A DNA stretch of 64,000 nucleotides, taken from an uncultured Poribacteria bacterium. GTDB lineage: Bacteria > Poribacteria > WGA-4E > WGA-3G. The position numbers were made by a program, and so were the translations under genes. The notes under the pieces were generated by a model that saw nothing but the letters and a program-made list of their open reading frames with translations, searched no databases and had not been told where the DNA came from. Below are positions 9,784 to 21,800 of the stretch, piece after piece; within the stretch, counting starts at the first letter, position 1; each line of letters opens with the position of its first letter. The stretch is from the NCBI GenBank assembly GCA_958296135.2, contig CATQHZ020000001.1, forward strand, positions 3,712,001-3,776,000. The letters are read 5' to 3'.

Positions 9784-10728
9784 ATGACTATTGACGACAC
9801 TTCACACATAGCGGTTATCGGTGCCGGACTCATGGGGCACGGCATCGCGCAGGAATTCGCAACCGCTGGTTATACCGTGCATCTGCACGACATAACCCAT
9901 GAAAAACTTGCGACAGCGCAGGCGCAAATTGAGAGAAATCTGCACCTGCTCGCCGAAAACGGTATTATCACAACGGAGAAGATTGCACCAACGCAACAAC
10001 GCATTCATACTACCACCGACTTAGCGGCAGTAACCGAAAACGCCGATTTTGTCGTGGAAGCGGTTACCGAGAACTTACCGTTAAAACAAGAGATTTTTGA
10101 GGAATTGGACGCGCGCTGCAAGCCCCACACGATTCTGGCGAGCAATACGACTGCACTCATGCCAAGTCAAATCGGGGCGAAGGCGAAACGACAGGATAAA
10201 ATCCTCAACACGCACTATTTTAATCCGCCGTACCTGATTCCGCTCGTGGAATTGATTCGCAGCCCTGAAACATCGGATGAGACGGTTGCGGTGACAGCCG
10301 AACTCTTGACGCGCATCGGCAAAACGCCAGCGATTTTGGAGAGAGAGTCCCTCGGTTTCGTCGGGCCACGCTTGCAAGCCGCCTTAATTCGGGAAGCAAT
10401 TTTCATCGTGGAGCAAGGCATCGCGAGCGCCGAAACCGTAGATCTCGTCGTGCGGAACAGCTTCGGGCGGCGGCTGAGCGTCGCAGGGCCCTTTGAAGTT
10501 TTTGAACTCGCGGGCTGGGACCTGGTGCTTGCCGCTTTTGAAGAACTCTACCGGGAATTGAACAGCTCCCCCGAAATCAATCCACTGCACCGAGAAATGG
10601 TGGAAGCCGGCAGACTGGGTGTCAAATCCCGGGAAGGCTTCTTCAAGTGGAACGATGAAAACCTGCAGGAACTGCACGACAGGATGAACCGCGCGCTGAT
10701 TCAGCAGGCAAAATCCGAAGCGATTTAA
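9784..10728 (+). CDS. 3-hydroxyacyl-CoA dehydrogenase family protein
   Basis: GAGLMGHGIA, EAVTENLPLK, ASNT, HYFNPP motifs. Confidence 0.92.
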   Translation: MTIDDTSHIAVIGAGLMGHGIAQEFATAGYTVHLHDITHEKLATAQAQIERNLHLLAENGIITTEKIAPTQQRIHTTTDLAAVTENADFVVEAVTENLPLKQEIFEELDARCKPHTILASNTTALMPSQIGAKAKRQDKILNTHYFNPPYLIPLVELIRSPETSDETVAVTAELLTRIGKTPAILERESLGFVGPRLQAALIREAIFIVEQGIASAETVDLVVRNSFGRRLSVAGPFEVFELAGWDLVLAAFEELYRELNSSPEINPLHREMVEAGRLGVKSREGFFKWNDENLQELHDRMNRALIQQAKSEAI

Positions 10729-11035
10729 TTGGCGGATAAAAAAAGGCAACTTTTTTGCATCACGGGTGTGTCACTTTGTGAACTGCGACTTTTTGGCAAT
10801 GTCCACCTGTCCCGTTCATAACAAGCAACTGAGCCGTTCTAGTTGAAAGATACCCAGCCTTTAAAACCCCTTTGGGGGTGCAATGTTCATAGAGGCATAC
10901 GTCAATGACAGAACCGATGACGAGCGCGGTGCGAGTTATTGGCGAACGCATGGCCAGAATGGAGTAACGAAGCCTGTGCCAAACAAAATTGATAGCGCGC
11001 GGTTGTCGTGTCAGTAACGCGCACCCCGAGGAAGA

Positions 11036-11734
11036 ATGTTAAAAAAACTTCGCGAAAATCCCAGATTTTTACGTAACCTTTTGATACCCCTCGCGGGGGC
11101 CACCGCGCTAACCTGGCTCGCCTTCAACCACAAGCAATTCTGGGCATCCCTGATGGAAATAAAAGCCGCTTTTCAGAGCCTTGAGACAGCGCGCGCGTAT
11201 ATTGAAAGTTTTGGCGCGTGGGGGCCCGCTATCTCGGCACTGCTGATGGTTTTTCAGAGCGTCATCGCACCGCTGCCAGCGTTCCTCATCACGTTCGCGA
11301 ACGGCACATTGTTCGGCTTCTGGTGGGGCACACTCTTGTCGTGGAGCAGTGCTATGCTCGGGGCCGCGCTCTGCTTCTCTATTGCCCGCGCCCTCGGCGC
11401 GCAGCCCATCGAGAAAATCGTCGGGCACCGCGCCATTGACAAGACAAACCGATTCTTTCAGCAATACGGAACCTATGCCATTCTCATTGCCCGGTTAGTC
11501 CCAGTTATCTCGTTTGATGCTATTAGTTATGGCGCAGGATTGACACGCATCAGGTTCCTCGGATTTTGGATTGCCACCGGGATTGGGCAACTCCCGGCAA
11601 CCCTCGTCTATTCTTACCTCGGTGAGAAGGCATCGGCATCCATCCGGTTGATGTTGTGGGGCTTCGGACTCGTGATTGCAATTTCAATCATCGGCTGGCT
11701 GGTGAAGGTGCAAAAATCCCAAGCGAATTTGTAG
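11036..11734 (+). CDS. TVP38/TMEM64 (DedA/VTT) membrane protein
   Basis: APLPAFLITFANG and ARLVPVISFDAISYGAGLT motifs; transmembrane helices. Confidence 0.88.
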   Translation: MLKKLRENPRFLRNLLIPLAGATALTWLAFNHKQFWASLMEIKAAFQSLETARAYIESFGAWGPAISALLMVFQSVIAPLPAFLITFANGTLFGFWWGTLLSWSSAMLGAALCFSIARALGAQPIEKIVGHRAIDKTNRFFQQYGTYAILIARLVPVISFDAISYGAGLTRIRFLGFWIATGIGQLPATLVYSYLGEKASASIRLMLWGFGLVIAISIIGWLVKVQKSQANL

Positions 11735-11802
11735 TGACAAATAACCCCGGGTAGGCGCGGTTGGAAACCACGCCTACGAGAGAAAATTAAGGAGAATGCA
11801 AC

Positions 11803-12777
11803 ATGATTCGGATAGGTGTCATCGGGGTGGGAGGAATGGGCAACGCGCATTGCAACTCTCTCCCAAACGTTGAAAATTGTGAATTTGTCGGTGTCGCTGA
11901 CCTACGGTTGGAAGCGGCACAAGCCGTTGCGGAAAAACATCAGATTCGCGCGTTCCGCGACTATCAGGAACTGTTGGACATCGTTGATGGGGTTGTCGTT
12001 GCAACACCGCCCGTGGCGCATACAGAAGTAGTCATCGCAGCGGCGAAGGCCGGCGTGCACGCGTTCTGCGAAAAACCGCTCTCATTGACGCTCGCCGAAG
12101 CGGATGCCATGATTGACGCGTCGGACACGGCCGGCACGCATCTCATGGTGGGACAGGTGCTACGCTTCTATCCTGTCCACGCCCTCGGCAAACAACTCAT
12201 CAATGCAGGCGACATCGGCGACATCGTCTATATTGAGACGGATTACACAGGGCCCTACAACGCACCGCGCACCCGGCCGGATAACTGGTACGGCACCGTC
12301 GGCGGTTTGTTAGAGAACGGCATCCACAAGTCAGACCTGGTTAACTGGTTCGGCGGCACCGCGCTCACCGTTGCTGCCGAAGTGGGCAGTTTCTCCGGGC
12401 ATGACGATTGGGAAGATTACACCGTCTCGCTCATCCGTTACGATTCGGGCGCAGTCGGAATCTTGCGGTGGGGCGGCTTCCTCGGCGCGCGCGGCACCAA
12501 CGAAACTATCATTGATGGCACTGAAGGCTCACTACGCTTGGATATGGCGGCAGACCTGGGCTATCTCAAGAAGCGCGGTGCCTCCGAATGGCAGGAACTC
12601 GTGCCTGCCCGTGACGTGCCGCACGGTGTCGTCGGCGAGTTGACGCATTTTGTGGAGTGCATCCGCGATGATACACCGCCCCTCATTGATGGCAGAGGCG
12701 GAAGGCATGCAGTGGAAATAGTGTTGGCAACCTATCAATCGGCGCGAGAAAAAACGAAAGTCGCACTGCCGATGTAA
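11803..12777 (+). CDS. Gfo/Idh/MocA oxidoreductase
   Basis: GVIGVGGMG, CEKPL, GGLLENGIH motifs. Confidence 0.9.
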   Translation: MIRIGVIGVGGMGNAHCNSLPNVENCEFVGVADLRLEAAQAVAEKHQIRAFRDYQELLDIVDGVVVATPPVAHTEVVIAAAKAGVHAFCEKPLSLTLAEADAMIDASDTAGTHLMVGQVLRFYPVHALGKQLINAGDIGDIVYIETDYTGPYNAPRTRPDNWYGTVGGLLENGIHKSDLVNWFGGTALTVAAEVGSFSGHDDWEDYTVSLIRYDSGAVGILRWGGFLGARGTNETIIDGTEGSLRLDMAADLGYLKKRGASEWQELVPARDVPHGVVGELTHFVECIRDDTPPLIDGRGGRHAVEIVLATYQSAREKTKVALPM

Positions 12778-12838
12778 GGCGGGAGCGCGCTTTGAGCGAT
12801 ACGGGCGGAGACTTAACGACATCCGCCCTTACCAAATC

Positions 12839-13735
12839 ATGCTCTTCTTGGCACTCAACATCGTCCTGCTCTCCGGGTTCGGGCTGATCCTTAAACACGC
12901 CAAAAACAACCAGCAACGGCTGAACCCCATCGGTTTTATCAACTATCTGACAGCGTTTTTTCTCTCCACCTGGGCCCTGTCACAGGCACCGGACTTCGCA
13001 TTCTCAAAGTTGACGGTGGCGTTAGGGTTAACAAACGGTATAACGTATGCGCTCGGGTTCAAACTGTTCACCGTCGGCATCCGCTTAAGCGGGATTGTCG
13101 TTACCGCCGCGCTCGTCAGGCTGTCCATCGTGATACCGGTGCTGGCGGCGATGCTGTTTTGGCAAGAAATCCCGAATCTGTGGCAAGTCCTGGGGCTCCT
13201 ATTTACCTTCGGTGCTATTCCGTTGCTCAGCCGACGCGAAAAAGAGCCTACCTACACCTTGCGAACTGTGGACACCCGCACTCCCAACGCGCACCAACAC
13301 CCGCACAGCCCGCAAGGCTTGGGGGTTGTCGTCGTCCTAACGATTTTGTGCGTTACCGGCATCTCCCGGCTGACGATGAAAGCGTTTAACGAGATGTGTC
13401 CCGCCGATGAAAAATCTCTCTACATGAGCCTCCTTTTCGGCGTAACCGCCATCGTCTATTTAGGTGTCTGCATCTATCAACGGACATGGCCGAATTGGTG
13501 GGAGGTATTCTACGGCGTGCTGATAGGTGTCTGTAACCTCGGTGGGAGTTGGGCACTGCTTGTCGCGTTAGACCAGGTGAGCGCCTTGATTGCGTTTCCA
13601 ATGTCCAGTTCTGGCGGTGTGCTGTTCACCATGTTTGTCGGGATGGTATTTCTCGGCGAACGATTGAGCCGCATGTCGTTGGTTGGCGCGCTCATCGCAA
13701 CCGTCGCGTTGATTTTCATTAATTTGAAGGGGTGA
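12839..13735 (+). CDS. DMT/EamA family transporter
   Basis: About 10 hydrophobic helices in two repeats; FLGERLS near the C-terminus. Confidence 0.8.
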   Translation: MLFLALNIVLLSGFGLILKHAKNNQQRLNPIGFINYLTAFFLSTWALSQAPDFAFSKLTVALGLTNGITYALGFKLFTVGIRLSGIVVTAALVRLSIVIPVLAAMLFWQEIPNLWQVLGLLFTFGAIPLLSRREKEPTYTLRTVDTRTPNAHQHPHSPQGLGVVVVLTILCVTGISRLTMKAFNEMCPADEKSLYMSLLFGVTAIVYLGVCIYQRTWPNWWEVFYGVLIGVCNLGGSWALLVALDQVSALIAFPMSSSGGVLFTMFVGMVFLGERLSRMSLVGALIATVALIFINLKG

Positions 13736-13763
13736 AACTGCGTCATTTCGCAGCAATGAGCCC

Positions 13764-13790
13764 GTAGGCGCGCTTTGAAAGCGCGCCTAC
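13764..13790. repeat. REP-like palindrome, family C (GTAGGCGCGCTTTGAAAGCGCGCCTAC)
   Basis: Perfect hairpin; related copies at 11751-11777 and 25862-25884. Confidence 0.8.
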
Positions 13791-13927
13791 GGTATTCGGA
13801 CCGCGCCAGACCGGGGGCTCGTTGCAGGTCGAAGAAATGCGGGAGAATCTGGGATAAACCCCGTAAATCGTAAAAAATCTGAAAATAAACGTGACGTTTC
13901 TGTTTTTATGTGGTATAATATAGGTAA

Positions 13928-14605
13928 ATGCAAAACAGATTAGTGAAGATTGGTGAAGCCGCCGAGATTCTCGGCACGACACCTGATACGTTACGTCGGT
14001 GGGAGCGTGCTGGCGAATGACTCCCGACTCGCAAGACGAAAGGCGGAACACGCTATTACGCCACCGATACACTCTACGGACTCCATGAATTGGATATGCC
14101 CACCGTCTGCTACGCACGCGTTAGTAGCAGAGAGCAGAAACCTGACCTTGACCGCCAACACGAGGTGTTGGAAGCATACTGCGCTGCAAAAGGCTGGCGC
14201 ACTCAAGTCATCAGGGACCTCGGCTCTGGCATGAACTATTCCAAGAAAGGACTCCGTCAGTTGCTAGAGATGATTCTACGCCGAAATATGAAACGCCTTG
14301 TGCTGACGCATAAGGACAGCCTCCTTCGCTTCGGTGCGGAATTGATATTCGCCCTGTGTGAAATTCAAGGCATCGAAGTTGTGATAATCCATCAAGGCGA
14401 ACGCCCCTCGTTCGAGGAAGAACTCGCCCAAGATGTTCTTGAGATTATCACCGTGTTCTCGGCGCGCCTCTATGGAGCCCGCAGTCATAAGGCACGGAAG
14501 ACAATTGATGCCCTTACAGCGGCACACGTCGCCTCTCAACCGAAGCAGGTTGAACGGGACTTAAACGATGGCACTACGAGCCCAGAAGATAGCACTCAAC
14601 CCTAG
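13928..14605 (+). pseudogene. tnpA: IS607 serine-recombinase transposase with an in-frame nonsense codon
   Basis: MQNRLVKIGEAAEILGTTPDTLRRWERAGE*LPTRKTKGGTRYY...YARVSS; TGA 14018-14020 is in frame and splits the MerR-like HTH from the catalytic domain. Confidence 0.85.
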
Positions 14606-15800
14606 CGAGGAACAAGTTGCGATGTTCTGTCGTCACGTGGATTTCGCCCGTGTCGCCTATAATGCGGCGCACTCGGAATCCCGTGACGCCGCGCGTTGGA
14701 TGTCTGTCTACGACATTAAGAAGGCATTCAACTCTCGCAAACGTGACGTGTTCCCCGAATTCGCGGACTGCTCGCAGAACGCCGGTAAGAATGCCATCCA
14801 CGCCTTTGAGGATGCTCGCCAACGTTGGAAGTCGGGACAGAACAACCGCCCGAAACGGAAGACGCATAAGTCAAAGCCGTCATTCCAGATTGACAACGGC
14901 GTTGGCAGTGTGCGCATCACGGAGGATGGTAAGTATGCTGTCCTTCCGAAAATAGGTACTGTGAGGTTGCGAGAGAAACCCCGCTACGTCGGCGAGATTC
15001 GCCGCGCCTTCGTATCCCGAAAGGAAACCAGCACATGGTATCTCAGCATCCTCGTCGAAATTGATGTCCCTGAACCGCCCGACACGTCAGCCCTCCCCGC
15101 TGCAGGTTGTGATGTCGGCATCTCTGCCCTCGCCACGATGGACGATGGCACTGTCTACGAAAATCCGCGTGCCTTGCGCGTCAATGAACGCAAACTACGC
15201 CGCGCCAATAAGGCACTCGCCCGCAAGACGTTCCTGAGCAAAAACTGGTGGAAGGCGAAGGAACTCCTCGCCCGCCTGCATGCCCGTATAGCAAATGTGC
15301 GAACCGATGCCCATCATCAGGTGACACATCGCATCCTGCAAGGCATCTCTGCACTTGGCATCGAGAGCCTCACCGTGAAAGGTTTGATGAAGAACCGCAA
15401 GTTGAGCAAGGCACTCGCCGATGCAAGTCTTGGCGGCTTCCTCGTCAAACTCAAATATAAGGCGGTTTGGCGCGGCATCCGCGTTGTGTCGGCAGACAAG
15501 TTCTGGCCGTCGACACAACGATGCAGCTCTTGCGGATACGTCAAACGTGGCGAATTCAAACTGACGCTCAAGGACAGAGAATACCACTGCGGTATCTGCG
15601 GATTCGTAGAGGACAGAGACATCAACGCAGCTATAAATCTTCGACAGCTCGCCTCAAGCACAGAGGAGAGTCAAAACGCCTGTGGAGATGCTGTAACACC
15701 AACTCAGGTTGGCTGGCATCAGAACCCGCGTGTGCGCGGAAGAAGCAGGAAACCGCTGACCTCTCAGATACTCGTAGACTTTGCACAGGTTTCCAGATAA
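14568..15800 (+). CDS. tnpB: RNA-guided endonuclease TnpB
   Basis: RuvC D (GCDVGI), E (GIESL), D (DRDINAA); zinc finger CSSCG...CGICG; intact ORF. Confidence 0.93.
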   Translation: MALRAQKIALNPSEEQVAMFCRHVDFARVAYNAAHSESRDAARWMSVYDIKKAFNSRKRDVFPEFADCSQNAGKNAIHAFEDARQRWKSGQNNRPKRKTHKSKPSFQIDNGVGSVRITEDGKYAVLPKIGTVRLREKPRYVGEIRRAFVSRKETSTWYLSILVEIDVPEPPDTSALPAAGCDVGISALATMDDGTVYENPRALRVNERKLRRANKALARKTFLSKNWWKAKELLARLHARIANVRTDAHHQVTHRILQGISALGIESLTVKGLMKNRKLSKALADASLGGFLVKLKYKAVWRGIRVVSADKFWPSTQRCSSCGYVKRGEFKLTLKDREYHCGICGFVEDRDINAAINLRQLASSTEESQNACGDAVTPTQVGWHQNPRVRGRSRKPLTSQILVDFAQVSR

Positions 15801-15856
15801 GTCTACATTTGACGAGATTCTCATAGGTTATGTAGTGCGGTATTATTTGCGCTGCT
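15670..15856 (+). ncRNA. Putative TnpB omega/reRNA (scaffold to the right end plus flanking guide); boundaries approximate
   Basis: GCCTGTGGAG...GAAGCAGGAA motif typical of tnpB 3' ends, overlapping the end of tnpB. Confidence 0.55.
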
Positions 15857-18800
15857 TGACAGCCCCGAACGTTGTCAGGTGCCGGTGCGCAGGCGTGAAC
15901 CCCGCTTTCACTCGCTGCGTCGCGAGTGTCTCACGGTGGCCAGCCAACGACACCTCCTCTAGCCGGTAGGTGTACGCAACGCCGGGCTTCGCCGTTTTAT
16001 CTGTAAAGGCATAGGCACTCCGTTCGCCCGTGGTGCCAGCACCGAGAAGAAGCCGCGGCGTGATGCTGCGGAAGGCCGCCTTGCCCGTTTCACTGCGCAG
16101 GATGCTGAACCCGGCATTGTTCACCTCCGACGCGGTAGCCCACTCGATGACGACACCGGCATCGGTTCGCGCAATCTGGAAGTGTGCCAATTCCACCGGT
16201 AACGGCCCGCCTTCGCGGTAGCCCGGTGTGCCTTTGTCGTCCGCGCGTCCATAATAGACATCCGCACTGAACCGGTTGATGTTCGCGGCGAGCACCCAGC
16301 CCTCCCGCACCTTGCCATCTTCGGCTGTGCCTTTGTCGTAACGCCGAATGAGGGAACTGCGCCCCGATTCGGCCGGGGCGAACGGCAGCTGCCACGCAGG
16401 CGCATCGTGCGTCCGACGATTGCCATCCGTATTCCCAACCTCGTCCACCAACGCGCCGTTTTTATCGGAGAGTTTCAGCGTGAACCCCTCGGCACTCAAG
16501 AATGTGTCGCGTGCACTTTTGATGCGCAGATTCTTCTGATGCAACGCCAGCAGGTTGTAAACGCGCGATGCAGGGAAGACATCCGCCGAGGCGGCACGCG
16601 CATCCCCTGCCACAATCAGCAGCGTCTGATTCGGCTGAATCACCTTTTCCTTCAGCGTCAACGTGACAACCGGTCTGCCCACCAAATCTTCCGAATCCAC
16701 ATTCTGGATGTCCAGCTTCCAGCGGTTCAGGTTCAGTGCCGCCGTTTTGGAGGCATTATACACCTCTATCCACTGCGGCAGGGTGCCGCCCGCTGAATCC
16801 ACCATGATTTCACTCAGGGTGACACTGCCTCTCGGCGTGGCTGCCACCGGTTTCACCGCATCGTTCGGATACCCCGGCGTGCCAGCCGTTGCCGGCGCGT
16901 TCTCTACCGCCCGCTCATACCCGACACCCGTGTAGGCGGCTTGTGTCCATGCCTCTTTGTGGTAACCGACGATGTCCGCCTTGTCGCGCCGCCATACCTT
17001 ACCCTCCGCAAGGGCGGCCCCGGTATTCTCACGCGGATGCTTCGTCGCTCTCAACGGCCAAATGTCCGTCTGGAACGCGTGCCCTTTGTCCGCGATAAAA
17101 GCATCCGTGTCGCGGCCACCCCCGCCAGCGACATCAATCACATGCTCCCCTTTGCCCAGTTGCCCTGTCGCATTCCGGAGCATCAAGAGGAACTGCCCAT
17201 CGCCCGGAAGCGTCAGCTTCGGCGCGATGAAGTAGCGGTGCACCTGACCGGCTTTCGCCCCGCCCGGCACGGTGATGTCCACACCCCCGGCAAGACGCGT
17301 TTTATCGGGCGGCCGCTGCGTCAATAGCAAAATACCGTTAGGCGGAATGCTAAACGGCGCATCCGATGGAAATACCACGAGCGGTACCTCCACTTTCTCC
17401 CCATCGGCGACGATGCTGATGCCCCAATTTTTCAGCGGCACCGCCTCAGCCGTGACATTCCGCAGTTCCACCCAATCGTTCGCGCCCACGGCACCGTTGC
17501 CTATCTCGTTGAAAATCAGCGGCGTGCGGGGAATCTGCGTCGGTTTCACGGGCTGCACTGTCTCTGTAGGGGGAAGAACCAACACGGGCGAACCCAGAAC
17601 AGGCACCTCTTGCGTCAGCGGTGATGCCGGCTGCTGCGGCTGTCCCTGCGAGGGCTGCGCAGTGTCCCCTGGAAACGCGACGATGCCGCCAGGGCCCGTG
17701 TCAGACGTGCTGTCGGTGCCAGTACGTTCGCTTATCACAACCTCACTCACGCCATTGCTGATAGGTGCCGTCTCGGGCACGACAATACGCGGTGCCCAAT
17801 GGATGACACTCGCGACATCCCCCGGCTGCACTTCATAGACGAACGTGACAACAGTAGAATTCGCATCTCGCGCCGCCTGCCAATAGGCGCGCCGCTGATT
17901 CGCCTCCGTTCGTTCCCCTAAATAGAGAACGATATACGGCCGATTCGCGATGTCCACATTCGCGGGGATATCCACATTGTCATCGTCAAACGTAAGTTCC
18001 AGGGCGAGTTCGCTACCCACGGTATACCCCGTCGCCGGGGGCGGCACCACCGCGACATCGGTTATCACCGGCGGCGTATTGTAAATTACCACCAACGGCG
18101 AGGCGGCACCGCTGTAGGTATCACCTGTCAACGTACCAACACTGCCGCTTTTCACTTGAAACGTGTAGGTGCCTTCCGTTGTGACGGTGACAGGCACGGT
18201 GTAGCGGGCACTAGACGCATCGGAAAGCGTTAACTCACCGAACGTCGCCGCCCCTTCACCGGTGACGCTGATGTCTCCCACGCTAAACGCCGCATCGCCA
18301 ACAGTGGCAAGAGACTCCGAGAAATCGAAGGACACTGTCCAATTCGGTTCACTTGTAACGCGCCTTTCCCCTGTCAGCGCGACAGAACTCTCAAACACTA
18401 GCCCAATAGACATCTCGTCTACACCGGTAACGGTGACGGTGAGCCGCTGCGTCGTGCTTAATTGCCGCCCACCCGTCCCACTCGTCGCCGTAATCAAAAC
18501 AATATAGGTGTTGTTACCTGCCGCATCAGCCGGCGCAGGTGTCGTGTGTGCCGCATCCGTCGGATTCTCAAAATCCGGCGACACACGGAACCGCAACACA
18601 CCGCTGCTAAACGTGAACGCGCCGCTATCCGTGCCACTCAGCGAATACCCGGTAATCTCATCGTCCGAATCTACGTCCGTTGCAACGACAGTAACGACAG
18701 CGGTGCTAGCCGGGGTATTTTCCGCGACAGTGACAACATCACTACTGCTGAAAACCGGCGCATCGTTCGGCTGAGATGTCCCCGTAACCGCGTCCGACCA

Positions 18801-21800
18801 GGGGCCCGTGTCCTCCGCATTTGTCGCACGCACCTGAATCTCAAGACTCGTCCCCTGTGTCAACCCGGTTATCGTGGCTGTCGTGCCGGTACCGGTGTGC
18901 GGATGAGCCGTGAAACTCCCGGTGTTCCCCACGCGATACTGCACGTCGTAGTCCGTTATCGCCGGGCCTGTGTTAGTAGGGGCACTCCAACTGACGGTAA
19001 TACTCGTGACTGTCGTGGCAGTGACTTGCGGCGTAGCAGGTTTGCCAGGTGCCTCGGCCACATCCGTAACGGTGACGATGAGCGTCTTACTCACCGATAA
19101 CTGCCGAGCCCCCGTGCCACTCGTCGCCGTGATTGTCACAACATACACGTTATTAGTGGCAGCATTCGCCGGCGTAGGGCTCACCGCATCTGTCGGATTT
19201 TCATAATCCGGGGCTGACGCAAACGTCACCGCGCCAGTGGACGCATTGATGGAGAACTTCGCGCTATCCGCGCCACCGCTAATCGTATAACTCACCGCAT
19301 CGGTAGTCACCGTATCCGCATCGGTGGCGGTAGCGGTTGTCACAGCAGTGCTATTCTCGGCAACATTGAACGCTGTCGTGCTACTGCTGAAAACCGGCGC
19401 GACATTCGCGGGCGTTGTCCCATTTTGACTCACCCAAGCACTCTCGCCTTCAGCATTTGTCGCGCGAACTCGCACATTATAGGCTGTCCCCGCTGTCAAC
19501 CCCGTGAGTGTGGCAGAGACAGTCGTACCCGTATGTGTCCAAGTGCTCCACATCGTAGCCGTGCCTAACTTATACTGCACATCGTAGCCGCTCAGGGCCG
19601 GCGTCCCTGTAGGAATAACTGGCGCAGTCCAACTCAGGGGCAACTCTGTCGGTTCGGAAGCCGCAGGGGTGACGGTTAACGCCGTGGGAACAGGCGGCGG
19701 CTCAGCCTCATCCGTAACGGTGACGATGAGCGTCTTGCTCACCGATAACTGCCGAGCCCCCGTGCCACTCGTCGCCCTAATTGTCACAACATACTCATTA
19801 TTGTTGGCGGCATTCACCGGCGTAGGGCTCACCGCATCTGTCGGATTTTCAAAATCCGGGGCTGACGCAAACGTCACCGCGCCAGTGGACGCATTGATGG
19901 AGAACTTCGCGCTATCCGCGCCACCGCTAATCGCATAACTCACCGCATCGCCGCTATCACTATCGGTGGCGGTAGCGGTTGTCACAGCAGTGCTATTCTC
20001 GGCAACATTGAACGCTGTCGTGCTACTGCTGAAAACCGGCGCGACATGCGTGGGCGTTGTCCCATTTTGACTCACCCAAGCACTCTCGCCTTCAGCATTT
20101 GTCGCGCGAACTCGCACATTATAGGCTGTCCCCGCTGTCAACCCCGTGAGCGTGGCAGAGGTAGTCGTACCGGAATGTGCCCAAGTGCTCCACATCGTAG
20201 CCGTGCCTAACTTATACTGCACATCGTAGCCGCTCAGGGCCGGTGTCCCTGTAGGAATAACTGGCGCAGTCCAACTCAGGGGCAACTCTGTCGGTTCGGA
20301 AGCCGCAGGGGTGACGGTTAACGCCGTGGGAACAGGCGGCGGCTCATTCACATCCGTAACAGTCACGATGAGCGTCTTACTCACCGATAACTGCCGAGCC
20401 CCCGTGCCACTCGTCGCCGTGATTGTCACAACATACACGTTATTAGTGGCAGCATTCGCCGGCGTAGGGCTCACCGCATCTGTCGGATTTTCATAATCCG
20501 GGGCTGACGCAAACGTCACCGCGCCAGTGGACGCATTGATGGAGAACTTCGCGCTATCCGCGCCACCGCTAATCGTATAACTCACCGCATCGGTAGTCAC
20601 CGTATCCGCATCGGTGGCGGTGGCAGTTGTCACAGCAGTGCTATTCTCGGCAACATTGAACGCTGTCGTGCTACTGCTGAAAACCGGCGCGACATTCGCG
20701 GGCGTTGTCCCATTTTGACTCACCCAAGCACTCTCGCCTTCAGCATTTGTCGCGCGAACTCGCACATTATAGGCTGTCCCCGCTGTCAACCCCGTGAGTG
20801 TGGCAGAGGCAGTCGTACCCGTATGTGTCCAATCGCTCCACATCGTAGCCGTGCCTAACTTATACTGCACATCGTAGCCGCTCAGGGCCGGTGTCCCTGT
20901 GGGAATAACTGGCGCAGTCCAACTCAGGGGCAACTCTGTCGGTTTGGAAGTCGCAGGGGTGACGGTTAACGCCGTGGGGACAGGCGGCGGCTCATTCACA
21001 TCCGTGACAGTCACCGTCAGCGTCTGCGTGGCAGTCTGGGAAGGACTACTACCGCTGGTAGCCGTCACCACAACGATATATTCGTTGTTGCTCGCCGCAT
21101 TTGCCGGCGTGGTACTCACGACATCTTGCGGATTTTCATAGTCCGGGACAAAAGAAGAAGCAAATCGCAGCTTATTGGTGTCAGCGATTTGGAATCTTGC
21201 CCTATCAACACCAGCCGTAGTTGATACGGCATAGGTGATCGACGTATCTATGTCCGTATTGGCATCCGTGGCACTCAAGGTCGCGATGTTTGCCGTGGCA
21301 GCCGTATTTTCCGCTACGGAGGCTGTGGCCGTTGCAGCAGAAAACGCCGGCGGCGCATCGTAATAGACATCGACTAACCATGTGCTGTGAGCCCAGACAA
21401 CAGCATTACCGGCCCCAGGGTCTATTCCCGTGAACTGAAACAGCTGAGTCTGAAAAGTGCCTCTTCCACTCGGCGTAAGCGTCGCTGTCCAGACTTTTTG
21501 ATCGGTGGCACTCCGCGTGGGCGCGGACAGGGTAGCATTGCCATTTCCAGCGAGAGTCTGAAAGTTGCTTGCCGATAACCCGCTGACTACCGCCGAAAAA
21601 GTTACTGTGAGTGTAACCGGGCCGGTTATCCTTTGATATGTCTCAGGAGTCATTGTCGCGGGGGGGGTATAAGTGTAATCCCCATGATGCTTGGCTCCGG
21701 ATAGTGCCACGGTAAAGCTTACGCTCGCGGCGTGTGCGGTTGACGTTGCCATCAATACACACAGCAGGAGCACCAGGCGTGTCAGAGACTTCGTTAAAAC

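Larger units (their letters stand above)
13814..15840 (+). mobile_element. IS607-family insertion sequence (tnpA + tnpB)
   Basis: Left end GGGGCTCGTTGCAG followed by AGAATCT/AAATC repeats; right end with AGATT/AGGTT repeats finishing in CGG; serine recombinase plus TnpB. Confidence 0.85.

Noticed and set aside
10730-11030. Possible ncRNA in a 300-nt intergenic region
   Set aside because: Only a short palindromic repeat and weak stems; no recognisable RNA family motif.
14018-14020. In-frame TGA in tnpA as selenocysteine or recoding
   Set aside because: Other genes use TGA as a normal stop, the position is not a Cys site, and no SECIS was recognised; a nonsense mutation is simpler.
13814-15840. 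IStron (group I intron-IS607 fusion)
   Set aside because: The element is intergenic and has only about 110 nt before tnpA, leaving no room for a ribozyme core.
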